From assembly GCA_964599625.1 (NCBI GenBank), contig CAZRGC010000004.1:139705-203704 (forward strand): a stretch of 64,000 bases of DNA. Reading direction: 5' to 3'. A program made the position numbers and the translations under genes. Each line of letters starts with the position of its first letter. Position 1 is the stretch's first letter. This stretch comes from an uncultured Gammaproteobacteria bacterium (GTDB lineage: Bacteria; Patescibacteriota; Microgenomatia; UBA8517). A model generated the notes under the pieces. It worked only from the letters and a program-made list of their open reading frames with translations, did not search any database and had not been told where the DNA came from. This document shows, piece after piece, positions 36,012 through 45,416 of the stretch.

Positions 36012-37960
36012 TTAACGGAACCTCCAAATTTGTTTAGAACTGAAGCAATTAGGTGATCATTTATCTTATTGGCTTCTTCATCCGTAAGGTTTTTGCTTGG
36101 GTCCAGATAAAAGATTCTGAACGTGTGGTTACCGTTATAGACTGCTGTAAGTTCGGCGGAATCGACATACTTTTGATTCAGTAAAGCTTCGAGAACGTTT
36201 CCGATATAAGTTTTTTCAGGGAACGAAAACGTAATATCTCTTATGGCAGCTGGAAATTTGGATGGAGGTTTGTATTTTCCTATATTTGTGTGGCTTGTGA
36301 ACAAAGTTTCGACCCCAAACTCATAATATACCAGTTCAGAGTTCTCCAGGTACCCGATTTTGCCAATAAGCTGTCCGTTGTGTTTTATTTCAGCCATTTT
36401 TCCGGATTCAAAACCAGACTCCTCAGATGGCAAAAATTCAGTGTTAATGTTAATTTTTTGGAGTAGTGCTTCGACTACACCTTTTGCATCATTATATTGA
36501 TAGCCGTAAAATACCCCACCCAAAATCATTGTTTCGGCTGGCAAATCTTTCTTTTTGGGAAGATAAACATTAGCCATTTCAAATATGTGAAATTGGCTTG
36601 AAAGTTTGGAATTTTCTAAAGCAGCACTTTTGAGTGAAGGCATAAGCGACGTTCTCAAATATTCTGTATCACGGCCAAGCGGATTTTTGAGAGCTAACGC
36701 GTTCACCCCTGCCATGCTCCGCGAAACAAGTGACAGTGAGTAAACTTCCACGCCACCAAAACCTGACAAAAAATCTTTAAGTCGATCTTCAAAATCAAAC
36801 AACTGCGAAGGAGACCTATCTGGTATAGATGTTGCCATTATTCTGCTTGGAAGGTTGTGATAGCCGTATATCCTGGCAATTTCTTCCACCAAATCTTCGG
36901 AGTCTAAAATATCTTTTTGTCTATACGAGGGAATAATTCCGGTAAGTGAGTCGCCGTTCCATGAATTTTTTATGCCAAGAGAGTTCAGATACGACGATAT
37001 TTCTTTTTGGGAAATGACAATTCCCAGCCTTGATGTAATAAACTTGTCCGATACTTTTACCTTTTTATCTTTGGGCGGTGCGGGATAAAGATCAAGTATT
37101 TTTGATTCGACCTCACCTTTGCATAGACTTTTGAAAAGCTCTATGGCCTTAAGAATTCCTGGCGTAACAAGCTCCGTATCCAGTCCTTTTTCAAATATGG
37201 CAGCGGCGTTGGTTCTTTGAGCCAAAGACATCGAAGTTTTTCTGATGTGCTCAGGGCTATAAGTTTGCACAAAAAGCAAAACGTTTTTGGTATTTTCATC
37301 AACCATGCTTAGATTGCCACCCATAACACCTGCCAAATCAATAAGCCTCCCTTCACCGTCTTCTATAACAATGTCACCACCTTCAAGTTTGAAAGTTTTT
37401 CCATCTAATGTAGTTATAGATTCCCCTTTCTTACTCTCACGAAGGTTCATTTGTGATTTTTTAATTTTGTCGTAGTCAAATGTGTGCACGGGTTGTCCTA
37501 AGTCAAGCATTATGTAATTACTTATATCTACAACGTTGTTTATTGATCTAACACCAGCGGATTCCAATCTTCTGACTACGAAATCAGGTGAAGATCCAAC
37601 CTTTACTTCTTTAACCAAAACAGCGGTAAATCTTGAGCAAAGTTTTCCATCTACCTCTGCTTTTATATAGGGCACAGATTTAGTGAAAGTGTAGTTTTTA
37701 TCAGAGGTTGAAATTTCTTTTAGTTTGGCGCCAACTCCAAACCTCGGAAGAATCGCAGCCGCTTCACGGGCAATTCCATACACAGAAGCCGTGTCAATTC
37801 TATTGGTGGTGACTTCAATATCGTACAACCAATCGTTGCCATATTTTTCCACTCTTTCAACCGATGGCCCACACAAAGACAAATATTCACCAAGTTTCTG
37901 TGGTGAAACCTTGGAATCCAGATAATCGCGCAACCAACTGTCCAGTATTTTTAAATCCAT
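36008..37960 (-). CDS. pheT: phenylalanyl-tRNA synthetase beta subunit
   Basis: N-terminus MDLKILDSWLRDYL like PheT, B3/4 and B5 regions; directly downstream of pheS. Confidence 0.85.
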   Translation of the reverse strand: MDLKILDSWLRDYLDSKVSPQKLGEYLSLCGPSVERVEKYGNDWLYDIEVTTNRIDTASVYGIAREAAAILPRFGVGAKLKEISTSDKNYTFTKSVPYIKAEVDGKLCSRFTAVLVKEVKVGSSPDFVVRRLESAGVRSINNVVDISNYIMLDLGQPVHTFDYDKIKKSQMNLRESKKGESITTLDGKTFKLEGGDIVIEDGEGRLIDLAGVMGGNLSMVDENTKNVLLFVQTYSPEHIRKTSMSLAQRTNAAAIFEKGLDTELVTPGILKAIELFKSLCKGEVESKILDLYPAPPKDKKVKVSDKFITSRLGIVISQKEISSYLNSLGIKNSWNGDSLTGIIPSYRQKDILDSEDLVEEIARIYGYHNLPSRIMATSIPDRSPSQLFDFEDRLKDFLSGFGGVEVYSLSLVSRSMAGVNALALKNPLGRDTEYLRTSLMPSLKSAALENSKLSSQFHIFEMANVYLPKKKDLPAETMILGGVFYGYQYNDAKGVVEALLQKININTEFLPSEESGFESGKMAEIKHNGQLIGKIGYLENSELVYYEFGVETLFTSHTNIGKYKPPSKFPAAIRDITFSFPEKTYIGNVLEALLNQKYVDSAELTAVYNGNHTFRIFYLDPSKNLTDEEANKINDHLIASVLNKFGGSVN

Positions 37961-37968
37961 ATTTTTAT

Positions 37969-39015
37969 TTAAAACTGTGTCAAAAATCTAAGATCGGGAC
38001 TATACAAAAGTCTAAGATCGGGAATGGAAATACCCGAACGCATCATAAGAACGCGCTCCACTCCCCAGCCAAATGCAAATCCGGAGTACTTTTTGGTATC
38101 AATTCCTCCCGCTTTCAATACGTTGGGATGCACCATTCCGGCTCCCCCCATTTCTAACCAACCTGCTTTGCAAACCTTGCAACCCTTACCATCACAAATT
38201 CCACAAGTAATGTCTACCTCAAAAGACGGTTCTGTAAACTGAAAGTGATATGGTCTTAGCCTGGTTTTTCTTTCTGGACCAAAAAAAGTCCTGGCAAAAT
38301 AGTCCAAAGTGCCTTTCAGATTAACGATTGAAATATCTTCGTCTACCACAAGTCCTTCAAACTGATGAAACATTTGCGAGTGAGACACGTCAGATTGCCT
38401 TCTATAGCATTTTGCAATGTTGATCATCCTGATGGGAGCCTGCCTGCCGGCAGGCAGGGCATTTTTTACTCTAAGCATTTCCCTTACCTGTCCGTTTGAT
38501 GTATGAGGTGTCAGGACCATTTTTCCATACTCACTACTTTCTGGTGCATCTACAAAAAATGTTTCCCACTCATCTCTTGCGGGATGTGTTTTGGGCATAT
38601 TTAGTGCCTCAAAAGCAAAATAATCCCAGTCAGCTTCCGGGTACCTTAAACGTTCAAAACCGATTCTGGAAAATACCGAAGAAATTTCTCTGATTGCCTG
38701 GGTAACCAGATGAATATGTCCAATTTTGGGTTTGACACCCGGGATGGTGGGATCAAACCAAACACGTGCGTTTTGCCTAAGACTGTTATTTTGGGATTTT
38801 AAAAGACTCTCTATCGTATTTTTAACATCATTAATAGTTAAACCTATTTGTTTTCTTGTTTCAGGAGTAGCATTTTTAATGTTTTTAATAAGCAAGGTAA
38901 GCTTACCGTTTTTACCCAGAAGATTTATACGTATATTTTCCAGCTCTTCAGATGAACCTGCTGACATAATCTGTGCAATCGCTTGATTTTTGAGACTGAT
39001 TATTTCCTCGTTCAT
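37969..39015 (-). CDS. pheS: phenylalanyl-tRNA synthetase alpha subunit
   Basis: Class II motifs including LRPYHFQFTEPSFEVD and GWGVERVLM. Confidence 0.9.
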   Translation of the reverse strand: MNEEIISLKNQAIAQIMSAGSSEELENIRINLLGKNGKLTLLIKNIKNATPETRKQIGLTINDVKNTIESLLKSQNNSLRQNARVWFDPTIPGVKPKIGHIHLVTQAIREISSVFSRIGFERLRYPEADWDYFAFEALNMPKTHPARDEWETFFVDAPESSEYGKMVLTPHTSNGQVREMLRVKNALPAGRQAPIRMINIAKCYRRQSDVSHSQMFHQFEGLVVDEDISIVNLKGTLDYFARTFFGPERKTRLRPYHFQFTEPSFEVDITCGICDGKGCKVCKAGWLEMGGAGMVHPNVLKAGGIDTKKYSGFAFGWGVERVLMMRSGISIPDLRLLYSPDLRFLTQF

Positions 39016-39084
39016 ATATAGTAATTATACAAGCATTCTATAGCGCTTGTACGTCATCTTTTTGTAAAAAAAATGTTACAAAAC

Positions 39085-39110
39085 TAAAAAAGCCTCCCTT
39101 TTAGGAGGCC
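39085..39110 (-). terminator. intrinsic terminator between rplT and pheS
   Basis: Minus strand GGCCUCC-UAAAA-GGGAGGC followed by UUUUUU. Confidence 0.5.
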
Positions 39111-39135
39111 TAATAAGATTATCAGTTTACCCCCC

Positions 39136-39486
39136 TTACTTTTGGTTGGTAAAGCCTGCACTTTTCATTATTTCTTTAAAGGTAGGAAGATCTTTAACTA
39201 TAATATCCGAAAGAATTTTTCGATCGATTTGAATATTGGCTCTTTTGAGTGCGGCAACAAACTTGGAGTATGAAACACCTTCTTGTCTTACAGCTGCGTT
39301 AAGCCTGACAATCCAAAGACTTCTAAGGTCTCTTTTCTTGAGTTTTCGACCATGATAAGCATAGGCACCTGCGTGAACTATTGCTTCTTTTGCGGTTTGG
39401 ATTCTACGGCTTCTTGCCTGCCTAAAACCTTTGGCACGCGCCAAAAATTTCCTATGTCTTCTAGCTGATACAGATTTAATTCTCAT
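39136..39486 (-). CDS. rplT: 50S ribosomal protein L20
   Basis: MRIKSVSARRHRKFLARAKGFRQARSR...YAYHGRK matches L20. Confidence 0.9.
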   Translation of the reverse strand: MRIKSVSARRHRKFLARAKGFRQARSRRIQTAKEAIVHAGAYAYHGRKLKKRDLRSLWIVRLNAAVRQEGVSYSKFVAALKRANIQIDRKILSDIIVKDLPTFKEIMKSAGFTNQK

Positions 39487-39489
39487 AGT

Positions 39490-39714
39490 TTATTTGGTTC
39501 TTCCTCCGTGACTGACCCTTTTTCTAATAGTTTTTCTCACCTTTTTGGCATAGAAGCCCTTAAGCTCCGTAACCCTTTTAAGGTTTTTTAATCTCTTTGC
39601 CGACTTGGCACTCTTCAAATGACGCCTAAAACTGTGGCGTCTTAGAATTTTGCCGTTTTTGGTAATTTTAAGTCTGTTGACCAGGAGTTTCCTGGATTTG
39701 ATTTTTGTTTTCAT
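39490..39714 (-). CDS. rpmI: 50S ribosomal protein L35
   Basis: MKTKIKSRK... basic; conserved infC-rpmI-rplT order. The start overlaps the infC 3' end by 47 nt. Confidence 0.7.
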   Translation of the reverse strand: MKTKIKSRKLLVNRLKITKNGKILRRHSFRRHLKSAKSAKRLKNLKRVTELKGFYAKKVRKTIRKRVSHGGRTK

Positions 39715-40261
39715 TTTCTAAGTTTTCTTTCTGTTTTTTACCTTTTCCTACAGCGGAAATAACTGTAACCAGGTGTTTTCCCAAAAACTTGGGTTCCATG
39801 TCGGTTGCTATTCCGTCTCCGAATTCAGCTTTAATTTTGTTAAGAACCGCATAGCCTGTGTGCTTTACCCTCATTTGAGGTCCTGTAAACACTACAACCA
39901 CACGAACTTTGTTCTTTTCTTCAAAAAACTCTTTTATTCTTTCGAGTCTGGTATTAAAGTCGTTTTCGGCTATAAAAGGACTAAATCTTATTTCCTTCAC
40001 CTCACCACCTTTGGCCCCTTTGGCAACTTTCCTCTGCTTCTTCTCCTCTTGATACTTGAACTTGCCAAAATCAACTATTTTAGCAACAGGGGGAGCTGCG
40101 TTTGGTGCTATCTCCACAAGGGTAAGCCCTTCCTCTTTGGCTTTTTTGATTGCCTCGTCACGCCTAAGCTCACCAAGGAGCTTTCCGTCTGAACCGATTA
40201 CCCTTAAAGATTGGGCACGGATTTGATAATCTGTTCGCCAAAAAGAATTTGTTTTTCCCAA
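39668..40261 (-). CDS. infC: translation initiation factor IF-3 (non-AUG start)
   Basis: QIRAQSLRVIGSDGKLLGEL...KEIRFSPFIAENDF...RVVVVFTGPQ matches the IF3 N- and C-domains. TTG start, with an in-frame ATA 3 codons upstream. Lys-rich C-terminal tail. Confidence 0.85.
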   Translation of the reverse strand: MGKTNSFWRTDYQIRAQSLRVIGSDGKLLGELRRDEAIKKAKEEGLTLVEIAPNAAPPVAKIVDFGKFKYQEEKKQRKVAKGAKGGEVKEIRFSPFIAENDFNTRLERIKEFFEEKNKVRVVVVFTGPQMRVKHTGYAVLNKIKAEFGDGIATDMEPKFLGKHLVTVISAVGKGKKQKENLENENKNQIQETPGQQT

Positions 40262-40328
40262 AGTTACTATCTTTCTAATCTGGAATTGTATCTAAAAGTA
40301 GCCTAAATCGCAAGAGTGAAAGGCTCCC

Positions 40329-41633
40329 TTACTTTCTGGATTTGATTTCACTCAAAGCTAAATCGGTAAATTCGGAGATTTTCATTACCCCAAGGTCCTC
40401 TCCGTCGCGCCTTCTGACGCTCACAGAGTCGCCTGCAACCTCTTTGTCCCCCACAACAAGCATAAAACTTGCTTTTTCAAGTTGTGAATCGCGGATTTTG
40501 GCACTCAGCCGTTCATTTCTGTTATCAAGCTCGACTCTGATACCTGCTTCTCTAAATTGCAGAAAAAGACTTTCACAAAAGCTGTTTTGTTTTTCGGAAA
40601 TAGGCAAAATTTTTACTTGAACGGGAGAAAGCCACAAGGGAAAGTTTCCCTTATATTTCTCGATTAAAAATGCAATAAGTCTTTCTATTGCCCCAATTGA
40701 TGAACGGTGGACAACCACAGCCTCCTCCATTTCACCTTTTTCGTTTACATACTCTAACTTGAACCTTTTGGGCATTACGAAGTCGTACTGAACCGTAAAT
40801 GCAGTATCTTCTTTGCCATTGGCGTTGACCATCTGGATGTCAATTTTGGGGCCATAGAAGGCCGCCTCCCCTTGAGCTTCTACAAATTTGGACTTCCTGC
40901 CTGTCAAAACTTTGCGAAGAATCTCTTCTGCGTGATCCCATGCCGCGTCGTCTTTAAAATATTTTTTGTCGTCGCTTCTGTCTCCCAGGGACAACCGGAA
41001 GTGGTAGTCTGTATCCTTGATTAAACCCAAAACACCGGCAACTTTTTCTATAAGGTCCAAAACAGAATTAATTTCAGCCTCAGCCTGGTCCTTTTTGCAA
41101 ATTATATGTGCATCAGCCAAACAGAAGCTTCTGACTCTTTGGAGCCCCATAAGTTCACCTGATTTTTCAAATCTGTAAAGTTTTGCAAGCTCTGCGAACC
41201 TAATCGGCAAGTCTCTGTAACTTCTGGGTTTATCCAGGTAGAGTTCAAAATGATGCGGACATGTCATGGGACGGAGCATAAATTCTTCATCCTCAATTTG
41301 AATAGGAGAATACATTGAATCTTTGTAATAGGGGTAGTGACCAGATTTCTTATAAAGATCGAGTTTTGCAATATCGGGAGTATAAACATGTGAATAGCCA
41401 CACTTTACTTCTTCATCAACAATAAATCTCTCCACCTCGCGCCTGATTGCGGCGCCTTTAGCGGTCCAAAGCGGCAGACCTTTACCCACAGTGTCAGAGA
41501 ACGTAAACAAATCAAGTTCGCGTCCTAGTTTCTTGTGATCCCAATCTTTTTCACCCTCAAAAACATCGTTTTTAACGGGTTCCTGTATTACATTGTTGCT
41601 CATAAAAATACAACCTTTTTGAAGACGATTCAT
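40329..41633 (-). CDS. thrS: threonyl-tRNA synthetase (short form lacking N-terminal TGS/editing domains)
   Basis: Class II catalytic core with MLRPMTCPHHFELY (zinc site) plus an anticodon-binding domain; 434 aa. Confidence 0.85.
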   Translation of the reverse strand: MNRLQKGCIFMSNNVIQEPVKNDVFEGEKDWDHKKLGRELDLFTFSDTVGKGLPLWTAKGAAIRREVERFIVDEEVKCGYSHVYTPDIAKLDLYKKSGHYPYYKDSMYSPIQIEDEEFMLRPMTCPHHFELYLDKPRSYRDLPIRFAELAKLYRFEKSGELMGLQRVRSFCLADAHIICKKDQAEAEINSVLDLIEKVAGVLGLIKDTDYHFRLSLGDRSDDKKYFKDDAAWDHAEEILRKVLTGRKSKFVEAQGEAAFYGPKIDIQMVNANGKEDTAFTVQYDFVMPKRFKLEYVNEKGEMEEAVVVHRSSIGAIERLIAFLIEKYKGNFPLWLSPVQVKILPISEKQNSFCESLFLQFREAGIRVELDNRNERLSAKIRDSQLEKASFMLVVGDKEVAGDSVSVRRRDGEDLGVMKISEFTDLALSEIKSRK

Positions 41634-41781
41634 GAAGTCAGCCTAGGCTGAGCTTGTCGAAGCGTGGTCCCACTTCAATTACTTCTTTTTTTATTGGTCT
41701 CAACTTTCCGGTTGGTGAGTCCGAATATTAACGTCTAAACCAATGAATATAATTTACATCCACACACGTTCAAAGTCAACA

Positions 41782-41818
41782 AAAAAAGGGTATGCAACTT
41801 TTTCAAATTGCATACCCT
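41782..41818 (-). terminator. intrinsic terminator
   Basis: Minus strand 10-bp stem GGGUAUGCAA/UUGCAUACCC followed by UUUUUUU. Confidence 0.55.
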
Positions 41819-41823
41819 GCCGG

Positions 41824-42105
41824 TCAACTCAAAATTGAGGTTTTGCAACCTGTTTCTTGGGTGATCTTGCTTGCCAGTTCCAGGCGTTTGCCCTGATGTT
41901 CCATTTCCAGTCCAAAAATAAAGATCATTGTTTTTTGGACAAAGAGCATGTTTTGGTCTTCAATGACAACCGGAACTGCATCAGATCTGACAAAACACGT
42001 GCCGCCATCCCAGTCATGCCCGCCTTCAGAAATGTTTCTGGCGACAATGGGTGCCAATTTTGCAAGCTCTGCATCACTTTTGGTGGTTACGAGTACAAAA
42101 ATCAT
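41824..42105 (-). CDS. hypothetical protein
   Basis: 93-aa ORF upstream of thrS; no confident family. Confidence 0.3.
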   Translation of the reverse strand: MIFVLVTTKSDAELAKLAPIVARNISEGGHDWDGGTCFVRSDAVPVVIEDQNMLFVQKTMIFIFGLEMEHQGKRLELASKITQETGCKTSILS

Positions 42106-42182
42106 TAAATGGCTCCTTAAATTGTTAAATGTAAAGTTCCAACTGCAGAAGAATTATATTCTCGGGGTTATGGAAGTCAAAT

Positions 42183-44000
42183 TTAAGCCTTTTTTCCCAT
42201 CTTGGCTGCTTTTCTTGCTTCGACTTCGTCCAAAATCATTTTCCTTATGCGGATCGACTTTGGTGTAACCTCTACAAGTTCTGTGTCGTCAATGTATTCC
42301 AATGCATCTTCTAAACCCATTGTTCTTGGAGTATTGAAATGTTCCATTGTTCCATCTCCTTTACTTCTCATGTTGCTAAGCTTTTTCTCTTTGCACACAT
42401 TGACTCTAAGGTCTCCAGATCTTGCGTTTTGACCAACCACCTGCCCTTTATATACCTTGGTTGCAGGGCCTACAAAAAACTCACCCTGATCCTGGACTTG
42501 TGTCATTCCATAAAGTCTGGTTTCACCAGACTCAAAAGCAATAAGACTTCCACGGTCTCTTTCTCTTTGAAATCCGTCATCTTTTTGAAACTCATAAAAT
42601 GCGGAATTCATTATTCCAAGCCCTTTTGTGTCTGTTATAAATTCACTTCTGAATCCGATAAGTTCCTTTGTGGCAACAGTAAATTCCAGGTAAACAATCC
42701 CCTCACGTGTTTCCATGTTGTCCATCTTGGCGTGCCTAACTCCCATTTTTTGAATAACAACCCCAGAATATGCTTCAGGCACTTCTACATAAACTTTTTC
42801 AAATGGTGTCATGTTCACGCCATCTACAATTTTATTGATAACGTGTGGTCTACTTACCTGAAATTCATAACCCTCTCTTCTCATACGCTCAATTAGAATT
42901 GCCAAATGAAGTTCTCCTCTTCCCTTTACGGTCCAAGTCCCGTCATTGTTGTCAGCTACTTTCAAAGCAACATCTGTTTCCAGTTCTTTGTAAAGCCTTT
43001 CTCTTATTTGGCTGGAGGTTTTGAATTCACCTTCATGACCACCAAAAGGAGAATTGTTGACCATGAATATCATTTTTACTGTAGGCTCCTCGATATTAAT
43101 AAGCGGCAAGGCAACCGGGGTTAACGGATCTGCTATTGTTTCGCCGATATTAACATCCAAAACTCCGGTTACAGCAACCAAATCCCCGGCAAGTGCTTCC
43201 TGTTCTTCGATTTTACCCAAACCTTTGAAAGTAGAAAGAGATGTCACTTTGCATTTTTTGATGACTCCATCTCGGTTGATATGTGCTATCTCTTGTCCAT
43301 TTACAATTTTCCCGGCGTGGATCTTGCCTATAGAAATGCGACCTTTGTAGTTGTCTTTGCCTATATTGCTTACTAGCATTTGCAGTGGTTGATCGGGGTA
43401 GGCCTTGGGCTCCGGAATGTGCTCCATTATTGCTTCAAAAAGAGGTGTGATATCTGACATCGTGGAAAGGTCAGGTTCCAAACCGGCTTTTCCGTCACGG
43501 CCGGAGGCATAAACGGTTGGAAAAAATGCTGTTTCCTCGCTCGCGCCCAGTTCAACAAACAAATCAAAAGTCTTTCCCTGGACCCAATCTGGCCTGGCAC
43601 CGGTTTTATCAATTTTGTTTACAACAACAACAATCTTAAGTCCCAGCTTGAGTGCATGTTTAAGAACAAACCTGGTTTGAGGCATTGGCCCTTCTTTAGC
43701 ATCAACCAAAAGCAGTGCTCCATCAGCCATCGAAAGAACTCGTTCCACCTCACCCCCAAAGTCTGCATGACCCGGTGTATCGATAATGTTAATTTTGGTT
43801 CCTTTGTAATTAACTGAAGCGTTTTTGCTGAAGATCGTGATTCCGCGCTCCCTTTCCAACTCGTTGGAGTCCATAATGGCTTCTTGCTCAGCCACTTCCT
43901 TTTTCATTTCCGTATGTGATTGGCGCAAAAGCGCATCCACCAATGTAGTCTTTCCATGGTCTACGTGGGCAATAATTGCAATGTTTCTTAAATTGATCAT
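42183..44000 (-). CDS. typA: translational GTPase TypA/BipA
   Basis: MINLRNIAIIAHVDHGKTTLVDALL, closely matching the BipA N-terminus; EF-G-like domain order. Confidence 0.9.
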   Translation of the reverse strand: MINLRNIAIIAHVDHGKTTLVDALLRQSHTEMKKEVAEQEAIMDSNELERERGITIFSKNASVNYKGTKINIIDTPGHADFGGEVERVLSMADGALLLVDAKEGPMPQTRFVLKHALKLGLKIVVVVNKIDKTGARPDWVQGKTFDLFVELGASEETAFFPTVYASGRDGKAGLEPDLSTMSDITPLFEAIMEHIPEPKAYPDQPLQMLVSNIGKDNYKGRISIGKIHAGKIVNGQEIAHINRDGVIKKCKVTSLSTFKGLGKIEEQEALAGDLVAVTGVLDVNIGETIADPLTPVALPLINIEEPTVKMIFMVNNSPFGGHEGEFKTSSQIRERLYKELETDVALKVADNNDGTWTVKGRGELHLAILIERMRREGYEFQVSRPHVINKIVDGVNMTPFEKVYVEVPEAYSGVVIQKMGVRHAKMDNMETREGIVYLEFTVATKELIGFRSEFITDTKGLGIMNSAFYEFQKDDGFQRERDRGSLIAFESGETRLYGMTQVQDQGEFFVGPATKVYKGQVVGQNARSGDLRVNVCKEKKLSNMRSKGDGTMEHFNTPRTMGLEDALEYIDDTELVEVTPKSIRIRKMILDEVEARKAAKMGKKA

Positions 44001-44022
44001 ATTTTTAATAACTAACGGCCAT

Positions 44023-44050
44023 CAAAAAAGCCACCTATTAGCCGTGGCCT
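44023..44050 (-). terminator. intrinsic terminator
   Basis: Minus strand AGCCACGGCUAAUAGGUGGCU hairpin followed by UUUUUU. Confidence 0.45.
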
Positions 44051-44063
44051 TTTAAAAAAGATA

Positions 44064-44279
44064 CTATTTTTTGCGAACAAACTGATATTTGGTCAAAAGA
44101 CGATGGTTTTCATCGTCTATTATTACCTGTGTACCAGCGTCGTAAAACCTTGTTGCCAAATCTCTTTTTTCCGAAGTGATTTTGGCAATTTCTTCCCTAA
44201 ATTCGGCACTTTCCTGAACGCCATAGCAACCTTTTGTAAGTTTTGTAACCAAAAAGTCTGCCATACGCTCCAATGACAT
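44064..44279 (-). CDS. hypothetical small protein (71 aa)
   Basis: Track ORF 44064-44381 trimmed to M35 (MSLERMADF...) because its N-terminal part overlaps tRNA-Ala. Confidence 0.3.
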   Translation of the reverse strand: MSLERMADFLVTKLTKGCYGVQESAEFREEIAKITSEKRDLATRFYDAGTQVIIDDENHRLLTKYQFVRKK

Positions 44280-44324
44280 ATTAAAATTATACCCTATATT
44301 GTTTTTTATTAAAAGGGTCTTGAG

Positions 44325-44395
44325 TGGACTCAGGGGGAATCGAACCCCCGTTCCATGACTGCCAGCCATGTGTCCTACCATTGAACGACGAGCCC
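44325..44395 (-). tRNA. tRNA-Ala (anticodon GGC)
   Basis: Hand-folded cloverleaf: acceptor GGGCUCG/UGAGUCC with the G3:U70 Ala identity pair, D arm GUUC-AAUGGUA-GGAC, anticodon loop CU-GGC-AG, T arm GGGGG-UUCGAUU-CCCCC, discriminator A. CCA is not encoded. Confidence 0.85.
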
Positions 44396-44648
44396 TCGAG
44401 TCTTCGAGAGGGCTAGTGAAATGGCAAGCTTGCCTACTTTGAGCAAATTGCGAGAAGCAAGATGCTGCAGCTTACCATTGAACGACGAGCCCTCGTCGCA
44501 AAGCGACGAGCTATGCCGCTCACAAAAACTATTCAGTTTTTGGATCGCAACGCTTCGTCGATTGCTCCTCTCAAAATTCTTTCAGAATTTTGGTAGCTGA
44601 GGGAGCAAAATAATTGCCTGTGAATTATATCATGTATATACTGATCTT

Positions 44649-45416
44649 ATGAACCCTTTGCATGTTGCAGTATTGGCGGCAGTTGAAGGCATAACTGAGT
44701 TTTTACCAATTTCTTCTACCGGACACCTGGTGCTTGCCAGCAAGCTCGTGGGTATTCCACAAACCGATCTTCTGAAAACTTTTCAAATAGTTATCCAGCT
44801 TGGTGCAATATTGGCAATTTTAGTTTTATACTTTAGAAAAATAGTTACAAACTTTTCGCTTATCAAAAAAATTTGCATAGCTTTTGTACCAACAGCAGTA
44901 GTCGGATTTACGCTATACCCTTTGATAAAATCTTCGCTTTTGGGTAATTCGGCCATAACACTGAATGCTTTGTTTTTTGGCGGAATGGCACTCATTGGGA
45001 TTGAATGGTTTCTAAAAAAATCTCAGCGGGAAGTAAAAGATTCTGTAGACATAACATACAAACAAGCCCTTATGATAGGCACCTTTCAATCGCTTTCAAT
45101 AGTTCCTGGAGTTTCCCGGGCTGCCGCGACAATTATGGGCGGACTTTTATCTGGTTTGAATCGGAGCGCCGCAACCGAATTTTCTTTTTTGCTGGCAATT
45201 CCCACCATGTTTGCGGCCACTGCACTTGATCTTTGGAAATCAAAAGAACTTATAACACAAGGCTGGACTCTGACGCTTTTGGGAGGAACAACACTTTCGT
45301 TTATTTTTGCGATACTTGCAGTTAAGTTTTTAGTTGGTTATGTAAGAAAACATGACTTTACGGCATTTGGAATATACAGAATTGTTTTAGCCATAGTTTT
45401 TTGGTTAATTTACTAG
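44649..45416 (+). CDS. uppP: undecaprenyl-diphosphate phosphatase
   Basis: MNPLHVAVLAAVEGITEFLPISSTGHL, the BacA/UppP N-terminal signature; 8 TM. Confidence 0.9.
   Translation: MNPLHVAVLAAVEGITEFLPISSTGHLVLASKLVGIPQTDLLKTFQIVIQLGAILAILVLYFRKIVTNFSLIKKICIAFVPTAVVGFTLYPLIKSSLLGNSAITLNALFFGGMALIGIEWFLKKSQREVKDSVDITYKQALMIGTFQSLSIVPGVSRAAATIMGGLLSGLNRSAATEFSFLLAIPTMFAATALDLWKSKELITQGWTLTLLGGTTLSFIFAILAVKFLVGYVRKHDFTAFGIYRIVLAIVFWLIY

Noticed and set aside
44064-44381. Full 105-aa track ORF
   Set aside because: The N-terminal 34 codons translate across tRNA-Ala (44325-44395) on the same strand. The ORF was trimmed to the internal Met, and even the remainder is low-confidence.
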